From IMG/VR virus record IMGVR_UViG_3300027770_000026, positions 201,893 to 265,892 of that record: a stretch of DNA of 64,000 bases; one strand, given 5' to 3'. Position 1 is the first letter of the stretch; every line of letters starts with the position of its first letter. Made by a program: the position numbers and the translations under genes. Of the stretch, positions 7,017 to 16,838 are shown in pieces. The notes beneath the pieces are model-generated. The model was not told where the DNA came from and made no database searches. It saw only the letters and a list, made by a program, of their open reading frames with translations.

Positions 7017-9869
7017 ATGGCTAACTCAATAAACATTAACGGCACAGAATACAGGATAGAAGGCGACGACCTCGCTACTGAGGCAACCCTACGAAGTTTA
7101 GTTGCTGCAATGAATCGTCTGGCTAGTGCAAGTGCCCGCAGCGGGGGAGGTAGTAGCAATGCCGGTGGCGGAGCTGCAGATGCCGGCGCCGCACTAAATC
7201 AAGGACTCGATGAAGTTGCAGGTAACCTAGATGATATGAGCGGATCTGTGATTCGAATGAATACTCAAAATAATGAGATTATACGATTACAGGGCGGAAC
7301 TGCTAAGGGATTTAATATATTAGGCGGTGCAGCTAAGGCATTAGGCGGCGCGTTTAAGCTAGTCCAAGGCGCATTCATGATTGGCGTTGCTATCGTTAGT
7401 GCAGCATTTGGTGCAGTTGACAAGATGGCAGATACTGTTAAAGAGATGAATGCGTCTGGTATCAGATTTCAAGGTGGATTTGCCGAACTAGCAGCCGCTG
7501 CAGGATCTGCAGGTTTAAGTGTAGAAGAACTTGGACGATTAATGACGCAGAATCATGCTGCGGTTGCTCGTTTTGGCGGCGGCAATATGAATGAAGGAGC
7601 TAAAAGATTAACAGCATTTAGTCGAGAATTGGTATTTGGCAAAGCTAAGTTAGCAGGATTGGGCATTGGAGTTAGCGAAGCAGCGCAATATCTTGCCGAC
7701 TATGCTGATATCCAACAGAACTTAACACACCAAGATATTACTCGAGCACGTGCCGGAGAAACTGCAGCAGATGTTCAAAAGAGAGTAACAGCAAGTACTG
7801 CCGATTATGTTTCGGACTTAGACTCCCTTGCAAGATCCACAGGTAAGACCAGAGAAGAAATGAATAAGATGATGGCAGATTTTGCAAAGAATCCAGATTT
7901 TACTGCTACCCTTGATATGCTTGGTTTAGCAGGCGAAGAAAAAAATAGTGTAATGAAATTTGCCACAATGTTACAAGGTTTACCAGGAGGCGAAACATTA
8001 GTAAGTGCTTTTGGTGATTTATTACAGTTTGGTACTATGACAGGCGATACTGCTGCAGCATTTGCAACAGTAGGTCCGCAACTTCAAAACACATTCACTG
8101 GAATTGCAGATAAATTGAAATCTGGTGCAATAACAGAAGAACAAGCTCGCGACGAAATGGCAAATGCTATGGGAGACAACGCCGAGCAAATATCTAAGAC
8201 ACTTGGTGCTATTCCACAAGCACAACGTACTCAGGCACAAAAAGATTTACTCATGGCAGCAAATGCGGCCAAAGCAAACAAGGCTGCAAGAGAAGGCGAA
8301 GTTATAGAGTTTATGAAGACAGCAGCGGGCAGAAATAAAACATTTGCCGAAGCAGAAAAAGCAATGAACGATCAGCGCAGTGCAGAGCTAGAGTCACAAA
8401 AGCAATTACAAGATATCAAGACTAAGTTTGGCGGCATGTTTGAAAGTTTGATACTAAAGATATTTGGCAGCAAGGTCTTTCTGACGTTGTTTGATAAAAT
8501 TACAACAGGATTTCAAACTCTCGCAGATTTTATCTATTCCGCAATAAAGAAAGTGGATCCTTATATTGCAAAGTTTGATACAGTAGTAATGCCTATTGTA
8601 AACAAGATGATAAAATTCTTCTCGGACGTATTTGGCAAAGTATCTGAAATTTTAGGAAAAATTGATATCACTAGTGCATTAAGCATACTTGGTGAAATTT
8701 TTGATCAGATATTAACGTTCGCTAACACTGTAGTTAATGCTATTGACTTTAAGATGATTGGAGACATATTTACACAGGTATTTGGAACAGTATCTGATGT
8801 TCTTCAGAATTTATGGGGAAGAGTTAAAGATATATTCTCAAAACAAGAAGGCGGTATGGGCGGAACTCTTGCCAAATTGGGCGAAGCTCTTGGTAAGATT
8901 GTCAATGCACTGGGTAAGGTCATTAAAGTAGTAGTCAAAGTATTTAAACTTCTGTATGATTGGGTATTACAACCCATTATGGACATACTTGGACCAATCA
9001 TTGGAACTATTGTGAACGCCCTTGTTGGAGTAATTGATATATTCGGAAGTCTTGCAGACTACTGGACAACGCTCATTGATTTCTTTATGGGCGATGCATC
9101 GTTCTCGGAAGTCTTTGACAAATTTATGGCTGTATGGACAAGTATTGGAAATTATCTGATAAACGGATTGAAAGATTGGGGCAAAATGTTAATGAGTCCG
9201 TTTGTTTCAATATACAATCATTGGGTACGAATATTCAACACTGTTGGCGACTTTGTTAAAAATGTATTTGGCGGGTTTGATATTGGGGTAATATTGACTA
9301 AGGTAACAGATTCTATCAAGAATGTATTTGCCGGCATCGCCAAATGGTGGAAAGAATTCTCATTCATGGATATGTTGAACTCCATTACTGATGCGATCAA
9401 GGGACTGTTTAGCAGTATTGGCAATTACATCAAGGACAAGTTAAATCCTCTCAATTGGTTTAAGAAAGATAAAAAGGGCGCAGCAGCAGCACCGCCACCA
9501 AAAGATCTTTCTAAATCTACTATTCCGGCAGAAATTAATACAATACCTGAAGGGCAGCGCACACCTATTCAGAACCGAATACTAGAAGTACAAAAAAATC
9601 CAATGGCGATGCTCAAACCTTTGCCAGCTGCACCAACAACTCCTGCAGCAACAGGCGCACCTGCAGCCGCTACAGCGTTAGCGAAACCAGCAGCTGGCGT
9701 AGGGAAAGTAGTAAATACAGATGACTTAGTAAAAAAGATATCTGCTCAAATTGATATGATGACTCAGGTGTTAATGGCGATAGAAAAACAAGGCGAGGAG
9801 AAACCAGGTATGGTATCTGGTGCATTTTCCTCGCTGACAAAGAAAGCTGCGGCTCTCGGACTTCCTTAA
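7017..9869 (+). CDS. tape measure-like protein
   Basis: 950 aa, Ala/Gly-rich helical N-half, periodic aromatic amphipathic repeats in C-half. Confidence 0.65.
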   Translation: MANSININGTEYRIEGDDLATEATLRSLVAAMNRLASASARSGGGSSNAGGGAADAGAALNQGLDEVAGNLDDMSGSVIRMNTQNNEIIRLQGGTAKGFNILGGAAKALGGAFKLVQGAFMIGVAIVSAAFGAVDKMADTVKEMNASGIRFQGGFAELAAAAGSAGLSVEELGRLMTQNHAAVARFGGGNMNEGAKRLTAFSRELVFGKAKLAGLGIGVSEAAQYLADYADIQQNLTHQDITRARAGETAADVQKRVTASTADYVSDLDSLARSTGKTREEMNKMMADFAKNPDFTATLDMLGLAGEEKNSVMKFATMLQGLPGGETLVSAFGDLLQFGTMTGDTAAAFATVGPQLQNTFTGIADKLKSGAITEEQARDEMANAMGDNAEQISKTLGAIPQAQRTQAQKDLLMAANAAKANKAAREGEVIEFMKTAAGRNKTFAEAEKAMNDQRSAELESQKQLQDIKTKFGGMFESLILKIFGSKVFLTLFDKITTGFQTLADFIYSAIKKVDPYIAKFDTVVMPIVNKMIKFFSDVFGKVSEILGKIDITSALSILGEIFDQILTFANTVVNAIDFKMIGDIFTQVFGTVSDVLQNLWGRVKDIFSKQEGGMGGTLAKLGEALGKIVNALGKVIKVVVKVFKLLYDWVLQPIMDILGPIIGTIVNALVGVIDIFGSLADYWTTLIDFFMGDASFSEVFDKFMAVWTSIGNYLINGLKDWGKMLMSPFVSIYNHWVRIFNTVGDFVKNVFGGFDIGVILTKVTDSIKNVFAGIAKWWKEFSFMDMLNSITDAIKGLFSSIGNYIKDKLNPLNWFKKDKKGAAAAPPPKDLSKSTIPAEINTIPEGQRTPIQNRILEVQKNPMAMLKPLPAAPTTPAATGAPAAATALAKPAAGVGKVVNTDDLVKKISAQIDMMTQVLMAIEKQGEEKPGMVSGAFSSLTKKAAALGLP

Positions 9870-9880
9870 AGGGTATATAA

Positions 9881-11611
9881 ATGAGTAGTTGGCGTAAACA
9901 TTTTAACGTATATCAAGACCCAAACAAGGGCAATAACAGTCCTATCTCGGGCAAAAAGACCACTACTCCCAGTGTAATGAGTCGCAAGAACTTTAACACG
10001 TTCCTACCTGAAGTATACAGTGGACAAAGTAATCGTGTTGATCGGTACTATCAATACGAGATCATGGACCAAGATCCTGAAGTTAACAGCGCACTGGATA
10101 TCATTGCAGAGTTTTGCACAGAAGTAAACCCAGACAACGGCACACAGTTCAACTTTCACTTTCTAGAACAGCCAACAGACGTTGAAGTTAAGATTCTCAA
10201 GCAAGCACTGGTAAGTTGGTACAGACTCAATGAACTGGATCGCAGAATATTCCGCTTGTTCAGAAACGTGATCAAGTACGGCGATGCGTTCTTTATCCGT
10301 GACCCCGAGAACAACAAGCTGTATCACTGCGATGCACGTAATGTTGACAAGGTAATTGTCAACGAAGCAGAAGGTAAGAAGCCCGAGCAGTATGTTGTTC
10401 GTGACATTAACCTAAACTTGCAGTCATTGACCACAACACAACTATTACCCAACAACACCAGCAATACAAGTTATACACAAACACCTGCAATACTAGGCGC
10501 AACCTCCCCAAGAGGCAACAACTATAATTTCAGCGCAGGTGGTAGTAATGGTGGTAGATTCAGCAATACACAAAGTCAGATGGCTGTTGCCGCAGAGCAC
10601 GTTGTACATCTGAGCTTAAACGAAGGTCTCGACGCAGCATGGCCATTTGGTTATAGTATTCTAGAGAATGTATTCAAGACGTTCAAACAGAAAGAACTAA
10701 TCGAAGATGCTATCATTATCTATCGCGTACAACGTGCGCCAGAACGTCGTGTGTTCAAGATTGACACAGGCAATCTGCCCAGCCACTTAGCCATGCAGTT
10801 CCTAGAGCGTGTTAAGAACGAAATTTATCAGCGTCGTATTCCTAGTCAGACAGGTGGCGGTAGCAACATAAGTGACGCTACCTATAACCCAATTAGCATG
10901 AATGAAGACTTCTTCTTTGCTGTTAATAGTGATGGCAAGGGAAGTGACGTTACTACATTGCCGGGCGGCGAGAATCTAGGTCAAATTGATGACCTCAAGT
11001 TCTTTACTAACAAGCTGTTCCGCGCATTGCGTATTCCTAGCAGCTACATGCCTACGGGACCAGACGATAGTGCTGCAACTTACAATGACGGACGTGTGGG
11101 TACATCACTAATTCAAGAACTGCGTTTTAACAAGTATTGCATGCGTTTGCAAAGCTTAATTGTGCCGCAGCTGGACCTAGACTTTAAGATTTACCTTAAG
11201 AAGCGTGGTATTAATATTGATACCAGTATGTTTGAATTGAAGTTTACCGAGCCACAGAACTTTAGTCAGTTTAAGACTGTGGATGTGGATAGCAACCGTA
11301 TCAATAACTTTAATCAGATGGCACAGTTGCCCTTTATTGCTAAACGTTGGGCAATGGGACGGTACTTGGGCTTAAGCGAACAAGAAATTGTGGATAACGA
11401 AACACAATGGAAGAAAGAAAACGCGCAGGCTGAAGCAGAAACTAGCGGTTCAGATCTACGTAACGTAGGTGTTACCCCAGGTGGCATGGAAGCAGATATG
11501 GGTGCAGTGGATCAGGCTATGGCAGGCCCACCGGGCGGCGAAGCCCCCCCAGAAGGTGCACCAACTGCACCAGGAGGCGAAATGCCCCCGGGAGGAGAAC
11601 CTGGAATTTAA
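9881..11611 (+). CDS. gp20: portal protein (T4 gp20-like)
   Basis: IEDAIIIYRVQRAPERRVFKID, TLPGGENLGQIDD, L.IP.S motifs. Confidence 0.93.
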   Translation: MSSWRKHFNVYQDPNKGNNSPISGKKTTTPSVMSRKNFNTFLPEVYSGQSNRVDRYYQYEIMDQDPEVNSALDIIAEFCTEVNPDNGTQFNFHFLEQPTDVEVKILKQALVSWYRLNELDRRIFRLFRNVIKYGDAFFIRDPENNKLYHCDARNVDKVIVNEAEGKKPEQYVVRDINLNLQSLTTTQLLPNNTSNTSYTQTPAILGATSPRGNNYNFSAGGSNGGRFSNTQSQMAVAAEHVVHLSLNEGLDAAWPFGYSILENVFKTFKQKELIEDAIIIYRVQRAPERRVFKIDTGNLPSHLAMQFLERVKNEIYQRRIPSQTGGGSNISDATYNPISMNEDFFFAVNSDGKGSDVTTLPGGENLGQIDDLKFFTNKLFRALRIPSSYMPTGPDDSAATYNDGRVGTSLIQELRFNKYCMRLQSLIVPQLDLDFKIYLKKRGINIDTSMFELKFTEPQNFSQFKTVDVDSNRINNFNQMAQLPFIAKRWAMGRYLGLSEQEIVDNETQWKKENAQAEAETSGSDLRNVGVTPGGMEADMGAVDQAMAGPPGGEAPPEGAPTAPGGEMPPGGEPGI

Positions 11612-11644
11612 TCAAATTGATTAAATACAGCGTGAGGAAATTGT

Positions 11645-11875
11645 ATGCATTTACGTGACTTAATGGAAAATACCGAGAAAGTACCCGATCAGAGGTATGA
11701 TGCTAAGGATGACGAAAGTGTACAGCGTCCAGACGATACACGCAAGATACGTCTCACACTGGAACAAATAAACAAGTTACGTCGAATGCAAGAAGTTCGT
11801 AAAATGGAACAGAAAAAACAAGAAGATTTCTTTAAGACCATTTACGGCGCACCACCTGCAGCACCTGCGGGTTAA
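11645..11875 (+). CDS. small head-module hypothetical protein
   Basis: Between portal and core genes; preceded by TAAATA. Confidence 0.65.
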   Translation: MHLRDLMENTEKVPDQRYDAKDDESVQRPDDTRKIRLTLEQINKLRRMQEVRKMEQKKQEDFFKTIYGAPPAAPAG

Positions 11876-11884
11876 AAAAATACC

Positions 11885-11912
11885 AAAAAACCGGCCGTTT
11901 GAGCCGGTTTTT
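11885..11912 (+). terminator. hairpin/terminator
   Basis: AAAAACCGGC...GCCGGTTTTT inverted repeat. Confidence 0.55.
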
Positions 11913-11960
11913 CTATTCTTTTGATAACTAATTACACACTTAGCTAAGGAGATTTTAAAC

Positions 11961-12710
11961 ATGTCAAAGAAATTTGAGCAATTGCTTGAATATGTTGTCA
12001 ATGACGAAACAGAAAAGGCTCAGGCCATTTTCCACGAAATCGTTGTTGCAAAGAGCCGTGAAATTTACGAAAATCTAATCGCAGACGAAACAGCAGAACT
12101 CGACGAAGAAGAGTTTGGCGGTGACGAAGTTGAAGGTCTAGTAAATGAGATCGAAGCCGAAGAGTACGATATGTCAGAAGCTGACGAAGAGATGGGCGAC
12201 GAAGAGCCACTCGACGACGAAGGCGACATGGGTGACGATATGGGCGACGAACTAGATAGCTCAGAACACGACATGGGCGACGAGGGTGGTATGGAAGATA
12301 TGGAAGACCGTCTCGTTGACCTAGAAGATGCACTAAGCCAGCTGAAGTCAGAATTTGACGACCTAATGGCAGGCGAAGGAAGTGACGAAGATCACGAAGA
12401 AACAGACCATGAAGACATGGGCGACGAAGCTGCAAGCGCAGATATGGGCGACGAAGAGATGGACGAAGCTTCAATCTTCGAATACAAGGAGCATGCTCCA
12501 AAGCCAGTTCTGTCGGAACCAGCCGGTACTCATGCAACGAGCCCTCTGGCAAAGAATGCTAAGAGCCCAACAGGTGCTGGCAAGCCAGTATCTATTAAGG
12601 ATGGCAGTCAGGGAAATCATGGTGTTAAGAGTCCAGGTAAGCTAACAAGCTACGATACCAGGGGCGAAGGCACCAAGATGAAGAAAGTCCAGGACATGAA
12701 GAAGGTCTAA
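11961..12710 (+). CDS. highly acidic prohead core protein
   Basis: D/E-rich with DMGDE repeats; directly upstream of prohead protease; strong SD AAGGAG. Confidence 0.65.
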   Translation: MSKKFEQLLEYVVNDETEKAQAIFHEIVVAKSREIYENLIADETAELDEEEFGGDEVEGLVNEIEAEEYDMSEADEEMGDEEPLDDEGDMGDDMGDELDSSEHDMGDEGGMEDMEDRLVDLEDALSQLKSEFDDLMAGEGSDEDHEETDHEDMGDEAASADMGDEEMDEASIFEYKEHAPKPVLSEPAGTHATSPLAKNAKSPTGAGKPVSIKDGSQGNHGVKSPGKLTSYDTRGEGTKMKKVQDMKKV

Positions 12711-12713
12711 GAT

Positions 12714-13346
12714 ATGTCAGCTCTACTGCGAGAACATCTCAGCTACGAGCGTGCCCAGGCAATACTGGAAACCTCCGGTGAAGGCAATCTTAAGAGCTTG
12801 TATCTTAAGGGAACCTTCATCGAGGGTGAAGTAAAGAATGCCAACCAAAGAGTGTATCCGTCTCACGAAATCAAGCGAGCAGTTGAATCCATGCAGGAAC
12901 AACTGAAAAACGGATACAGCATTCTTGGTGAAATTGACCACCCAGATGATTTAAAGATTAATCTTGATCGTGTAAGTCACATGATCACAGATATTTGGAT
13001 GGACGGAAATAACGGTATTGGCAAGTTGAAAATACTTCCAACACCGATGGGCAAGATTGCAGAATCAATGCTGCAAAGCGGCGTTAAACTGGGTGTAAGT
13101 TCTCGTGGTTCGGGCGACGTAAACGATTCAAATGGCAAGGTTTCAAATTTTGAGATCTTGACCGTAGATATTGTGGCTCAGCCATCAGCTCCAAATGCTT
13201 ATCCTACTCCTATATATGAGGGACTAATGAACTCTAAGCGGGGAAAGATAACATTAGAGATGGCGGCGGAAGCCACGTATAACCCCAAGGTACAGAAATA
13301 CCTTGAGAAAGAGATCACGAATTTGATTCGTGATCTGAAACTATAG
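12714..13346 (+). CDS. gp21: prohead core protease (T4 gp21-like)
   Basis: NANQRVY, GEIDHP, GVSSRGSG, DIVAQPSAP motifs. Confidence 0.93.
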   Translation: MSALLREHLSYERAQAILETSGEGNLKSLYLKGTFIEGEVKNANQRVYPSHEIKRAVESMQEQLKNGYSILGEIDHPDDLKINLDRVSHMITDIWMDGNNGIGKLKILPTPMGKIAESMLQSGVKLGVSSRGSGDVNDSNGKVSNFEILTVDIVAQPSAPNAYPTPIYEGLMNSKRGKITLEMAAEATYNPKVQKYLEKEITNLIRDLKL

Positions 13347-13357
13347 AGGAACATGCA

Positions 13358-14449
13358 ATGCTAGACGCCTTGAAAAATATCGTCGACAATGGCATGCTTT
13401 CCGAAGATACCAAACTAGCCATCAATGAAGCCTGGGAAAGCAAAGTTCGCGAAATTCGTGAATCAGTTGAAACAGAACTACGTGGCGAATTTGCTCAACG
13501 TTATGAGCACGATAAGAGTCAGATTATTGAAGGACTCGATCGTATGGTATCTGAAAATCTGCAGAAAGAACTAGGTGAATTTGCTGAAGACCGTAAGGCT
13601 CTTATCAGCGAGCGCATCCAGTACAAGAAGCAGACTAAGGAGCATGCTGCCAAGCTCCAACAGTTCGTGTTGGAAAATTTGGCAAAAGAATTAAAGGAAT
13701 TTAAGGCCGAACGTGATGCATTCAGAAAGGATGTAGCCAAGCTAGAGAGTTTTGTGGTTAAGAACCTATCAAAGGAAATCATGGAATTCTCAGAAGACAA
13801 GAAGGAATTGGTTAACGCCAAGGTACGTCTTGTTGCAGAAGCTAAGAATCAGCTGAACGCCGTTAAGAAGCAGTTCGTTTCACGCGCTGCCGCTGCTGTA
13901 GAAACAGCAGTCACTGAAGGTTTGAAGAAAGAATTAGTGCAACTTAAGGAAGATATCGAAGTTGCTCGCAAGAATAACTTTGGACAACGCTTGTTTGAAG
14001 CGTTCTCAAAAGAATTTGCAAGCAGCCATTACAGCGAAACAACAGAAATCCGCGCATTGCGTGGTAAGCTGACGCAAGCTGTACGTGTGATGGAAAATCT
14101 TAAGAAGCAGTCAGATGCTGCAGCACATCTAGTTGAATCAAAACAAAAAACGATCAACGAAATGCGCGACAGTTCTGTGCGTTTGGAAGTTATGAGCGAG
14201 TTGTTTACGCCACTAGGCAAAAAGCCACGCGCTATAATGGAAGATTTACTGAGAACAGTACCAACTGCAAAACTCAGAGAGTCTTTTGACAAGTATTTGC
14301 CGAGTGTTTTAAACGACGGTACACAAAGTGCCCCAGTAAAGAAGCAATTGGTTGAATCGAGAAAGGAAGTTACTGGTGACAAGCCAGTGCAAATTGACAG
14401 ACCAGCAGCGGAAATCTTTGATCTCCGTAAGCTAGCTGGCTTGAAGTAA
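13358..14449 (+). CDS. gp22: prohead scaffolding protein (T4 gp22-like)
   Basis: Coiled-coil protein between protease and major capsid gene. Confidence 0.8.
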   Translation: MLDALKNIVDNGMLSEDTKLAINEAWESKVREIRESVETELRGEFAQRYEHDKSQIIEGLDRMVSENLQKELGEFAEDRKALISERIQYKKQTKEHAAKLQQFVLENLAKELKEFKAERDAFRKDVAKLESFVVKNLSKEIMEFSEDKKELVNAKVRLVAEAKNQLNAVKKQFVSRAAAAVETAVTEGLKKELVQLKEDIEVARKNNFGQRLFEAFSKEFASSHYSETTEIRALRGKLTQAVRVMENLKKQSDAAAHLVESKQKTINEMRDSSVRLEVMSELFTPLGKKPRAIMEDLLRTVPTAKLRESFDKYLPSVLNDGTQSAPVKKQLVESRKEVTGDKPVQIDRPAAEIFDLRKLAGLK

Positions 14450-14472
14450 CACATTAAAAGAGGAAATTTAAA

Positions 14473-15663
14473 ATGTCTAACACACTTCTTGAACATCGTT
14501 GGAACGAGACCAAGGAGGCGTTGCTGGAAGGTCTCACTGGCTCAAAGAGAAATTCTATGAGTGTAATGCTGGAAAACACCCGCAAGTACATCGCAGAATC
14601 GGCATCGTCAGGTGCTACATCAGCCGGTAACATCGCAAGCCTCAACCGCGTAATTCTACCAGTAATTCGTCGCGTAATGCCAACAGTCATTGCAAACGAA
14701 CTAGTTGGCGTACAGCCAATGACAGGTCCTGTCGGACAGATCCACACATTGCGTGTGCGTTATGCCCAGACACACACTGGTTCAGTTGCCGGCGACAATA
14801 CTACAGCAGGCGAAGAAGCACTAAGCCCATTCAAGATCAGCCTAAGCTACTCCGGTACAGCACCGTCAGCAACAGCAAGTGATCAAAGAGCAGGTGCAAC
14901 AGCAGGCCTAGAAGGTACCGGTGGTAATAAGGTATCGGTACAGATTTTGAAGCAACCAGTAGAGGCACGTACACGTAAATTGTCAGCTCGCTGGACCTTT
15001 GAAGCTGCACAGGATGCACAATCACAGCACGGTCTGGATCTAGAAGCAGAAATTATGGCTGCACTAGCTCAAGAAATTACTGCTGAAATTGACCAGGAAA
15101 TCCTAGCAAGCCTCCGTTCACTGGCACCAACAGAAGAAACCTTCGACCAGTCAACAGTAAGTGGTACTGCAACATTCGTTGGCGACGAGCATGCTGCTCT
15201 AGCTATTCTAATCAACAGAACCGCTAACAAGATTGCTTCACGCACACGTCGCGGTGCAGGTAACTGGGCAGTTGTAAGCCCATATGCATTGACTATCCTA
15301 CAGTCAGCAACAACAAGCGCATTTGCACGTACCACAGAAGGTACATTCGAAGCACCAACAAACACCAAGTTTGTCGGTACATTGAACAGCAGCATGCGTG
15401 TATATGTTGACGCATATGCAGCTGACACACAGTCAGTACTAGTTGGTTATAAGGGTTCAACAGAGACAGATGCAGCAGCATTCTACTGCCCATACATCCC
15501 TCTAATGAGCTCAGGTGTAATCCTAGACCCAGCAACATTCGAGCCAACAGTTGGCTTCATGACACGTTACGGCTATGTTGAACTAACCAACACAGCATCG
15601 TCACTTGGCAATGCAGCAGACTACCTCGGTGAAGTTGTAGTTCAGAACGTAAGCTTCCAGTAA
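14473..15663 (+). CDS. gp23: major capsid protein (T4 gp23-like)
   Basis: GVQPMTGPVGQI, RKLSARWT.EAAQD, EIDQEI, FYCPYIPL, GFMTRYG. Confidence 0.95.
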   Translation: MSNTLLEHRWNETKEALLEGLTGSKRNSMSVMLENTRKYIAESASSGATSAGNIASLNRVILPVIRRVMPTVIANELVGVQPMTGPVGQIHTLRVRYAQTHTGSVAGDNTTAGEEALSPFKISLSYSGTAPSATASDQRAGATAGLEGTGGNKVSVQILKQPVEARTRKLSARWTFEAAQDAQSQHGLDLEAEIMAALAQEITAEIDQEILASLRSLAPTEETFDQSTVSGTATFVGDEHAALAILINRTANKIASRTRRGAGNWAVVSPYALTILQSATTSAFARTTEGTFEAPTNTKFVGTLNSSMRVYVDAYAADTQSVLVGYKGSTETDAAAFYCPYIPLMSSGVILDPATFEPTVGFMTRYGYVELTNTASSLGNAADYLGEVVVQNVSFQ

Positions 15664-15688
15664 TAAGAAGTTCAACGTTAGTTGATAT

Positions 15689-15717
15689 GACAGGGGCAGA
15701 AATGCCCCTGTCTTTTT
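15689..15717 (+). terminator. rho-independent terminator after capsid gene
   Basis: GACAGGGGCA-GAAA-TGCCCCTGTC-TTTTT. Confidence 0.9.
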
Positions 15718-15753
15718 ATGTCTAAGTAATAAATAATGATAGAGGGTTAAACA

Positions 15754-16164
15754 ATGTCGCTAACAAATAAAACACAAGGTAATATTACGCAGATTGCATT
15801 AGGCACGGGTACTAATGCTGGTAATGCAAATGGTACAATCAATCTAGTTGGCGGAGAGGTCATTGTAACCGGCGATTTAACAGTATTAGGCACATTAAAT
15901 GCTACTGTTGATCCGTTACCTAACTTTGATAGTCCTATACTTTACATAAATGACGTAGATACACCAACAGATACCATTGGTGGATTGGTATTAAGAGGCG
16001 ATACAGATAAAGAATTACTTTGGTACGACACTACCGATGCATGGTCTAGTAATGTTAACTTTGACTTAACAACTAACGGCAGCACTTATCAAATTGAAGG
16101 TGTAACTGTGCTAAGTGCTACCGCATTGGGACAGGGAGTTGCAGTGGACGGCGGAACGTATTAA
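15754..16164 (+). CDS. probable virion structural protein
   Basis: Beta-rich, TGDLTVLGT, C-terminal DGGTY typical of fibre-associated proteins; TAAATA upstream. Confidence 0.55.
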   Translation: MSLTNKTQGNITQIALGTGTNAGNANGTINLVGGEVIVTGDLTVLGTLNATVDPLPNFDSPILYINDVDTPTDTIGGLVLRGDTDKELLWYDTTDAWSSNVNFDLTTNGSTYQIEGVTVLSATALGQGVAVDGGTY

Positions 16165-16838
16165 AATCTTACAAAGTGATAGTCGCCGTCAACACCTAGA
16201 CCACCGGACGAGAACATACCCGATACGTCAGTAAATCCAATAGTTTTTAAATATTCCCGTACTTCGTTTACACTAGGTGCACCAATATTAAAATCTACAT
16301 GTTGTAATTCTAAAACTAGATGTTTGCAGTGTTCTAACATCTTAGTTGCACCTTTGATAATATCTAGTTCTGCACCTTGCACATCCATCTTAATAAGATC
16401 AGGCAAGGGATATCCTTTGTTAGCAACTATAGTATCTAGAGTCATTGCTATCTTTGCAACAGCAGTGCTATCGGGGAATACACAGTTGCCAAATGTATGT
16501 GCTACATTTTCTTGATAGTATGAATTGCCACCTGGCTGTTCTACATTTTCGTAGAACTTAACTTCCTTGTTGTCTTGATCGGATAACACACCAATGTTAT
16601 ATTTGTATCCACTTTCTTGATATAAAAATTCTGCAGCTTCCATACCGTCAAACAAGATATATTCTGCATTAGGCCAGACAGGCTTCATTGAGTTAGTCCA
16701 ATGCATAACACACGCACCAATGTCGTATATTACTTTTGGTTCAAAATTTAGATCATCACGTAACTTTTTCAAGTAATCAACATGTGATTTTGGAAAAAGT
16801 TCTAATCGTTGTCCCAATTGTCTTAGATGATCTTTCAA
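16161..16838 (-). CDS. FkbM-family methyltransferase
   Basis: YDIGAC, LIKMDVQGAELDIIKG. Confidence 0.85.
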   Translation of the reverse strand: MKDHLRQLGQRLELFPKSHVDYLKKLRDDLNFEPKVIYDIGACVMHWTNSMKPVWPNAEYILFDGMEAAEFLYQESGYKYNIGVLSDQDNKEVKFYENVEQPGGNSYYQENVAHTFGNCVFPDSTAVAKIAMTLDTIVANKGYPLPDLIKMDVQGAELDIIKGATKMLEHCKHLVLELQHVDFNIGAPSVNEVREYLKTIGFTDVSGMFSSGGLGVDGDYHFVRF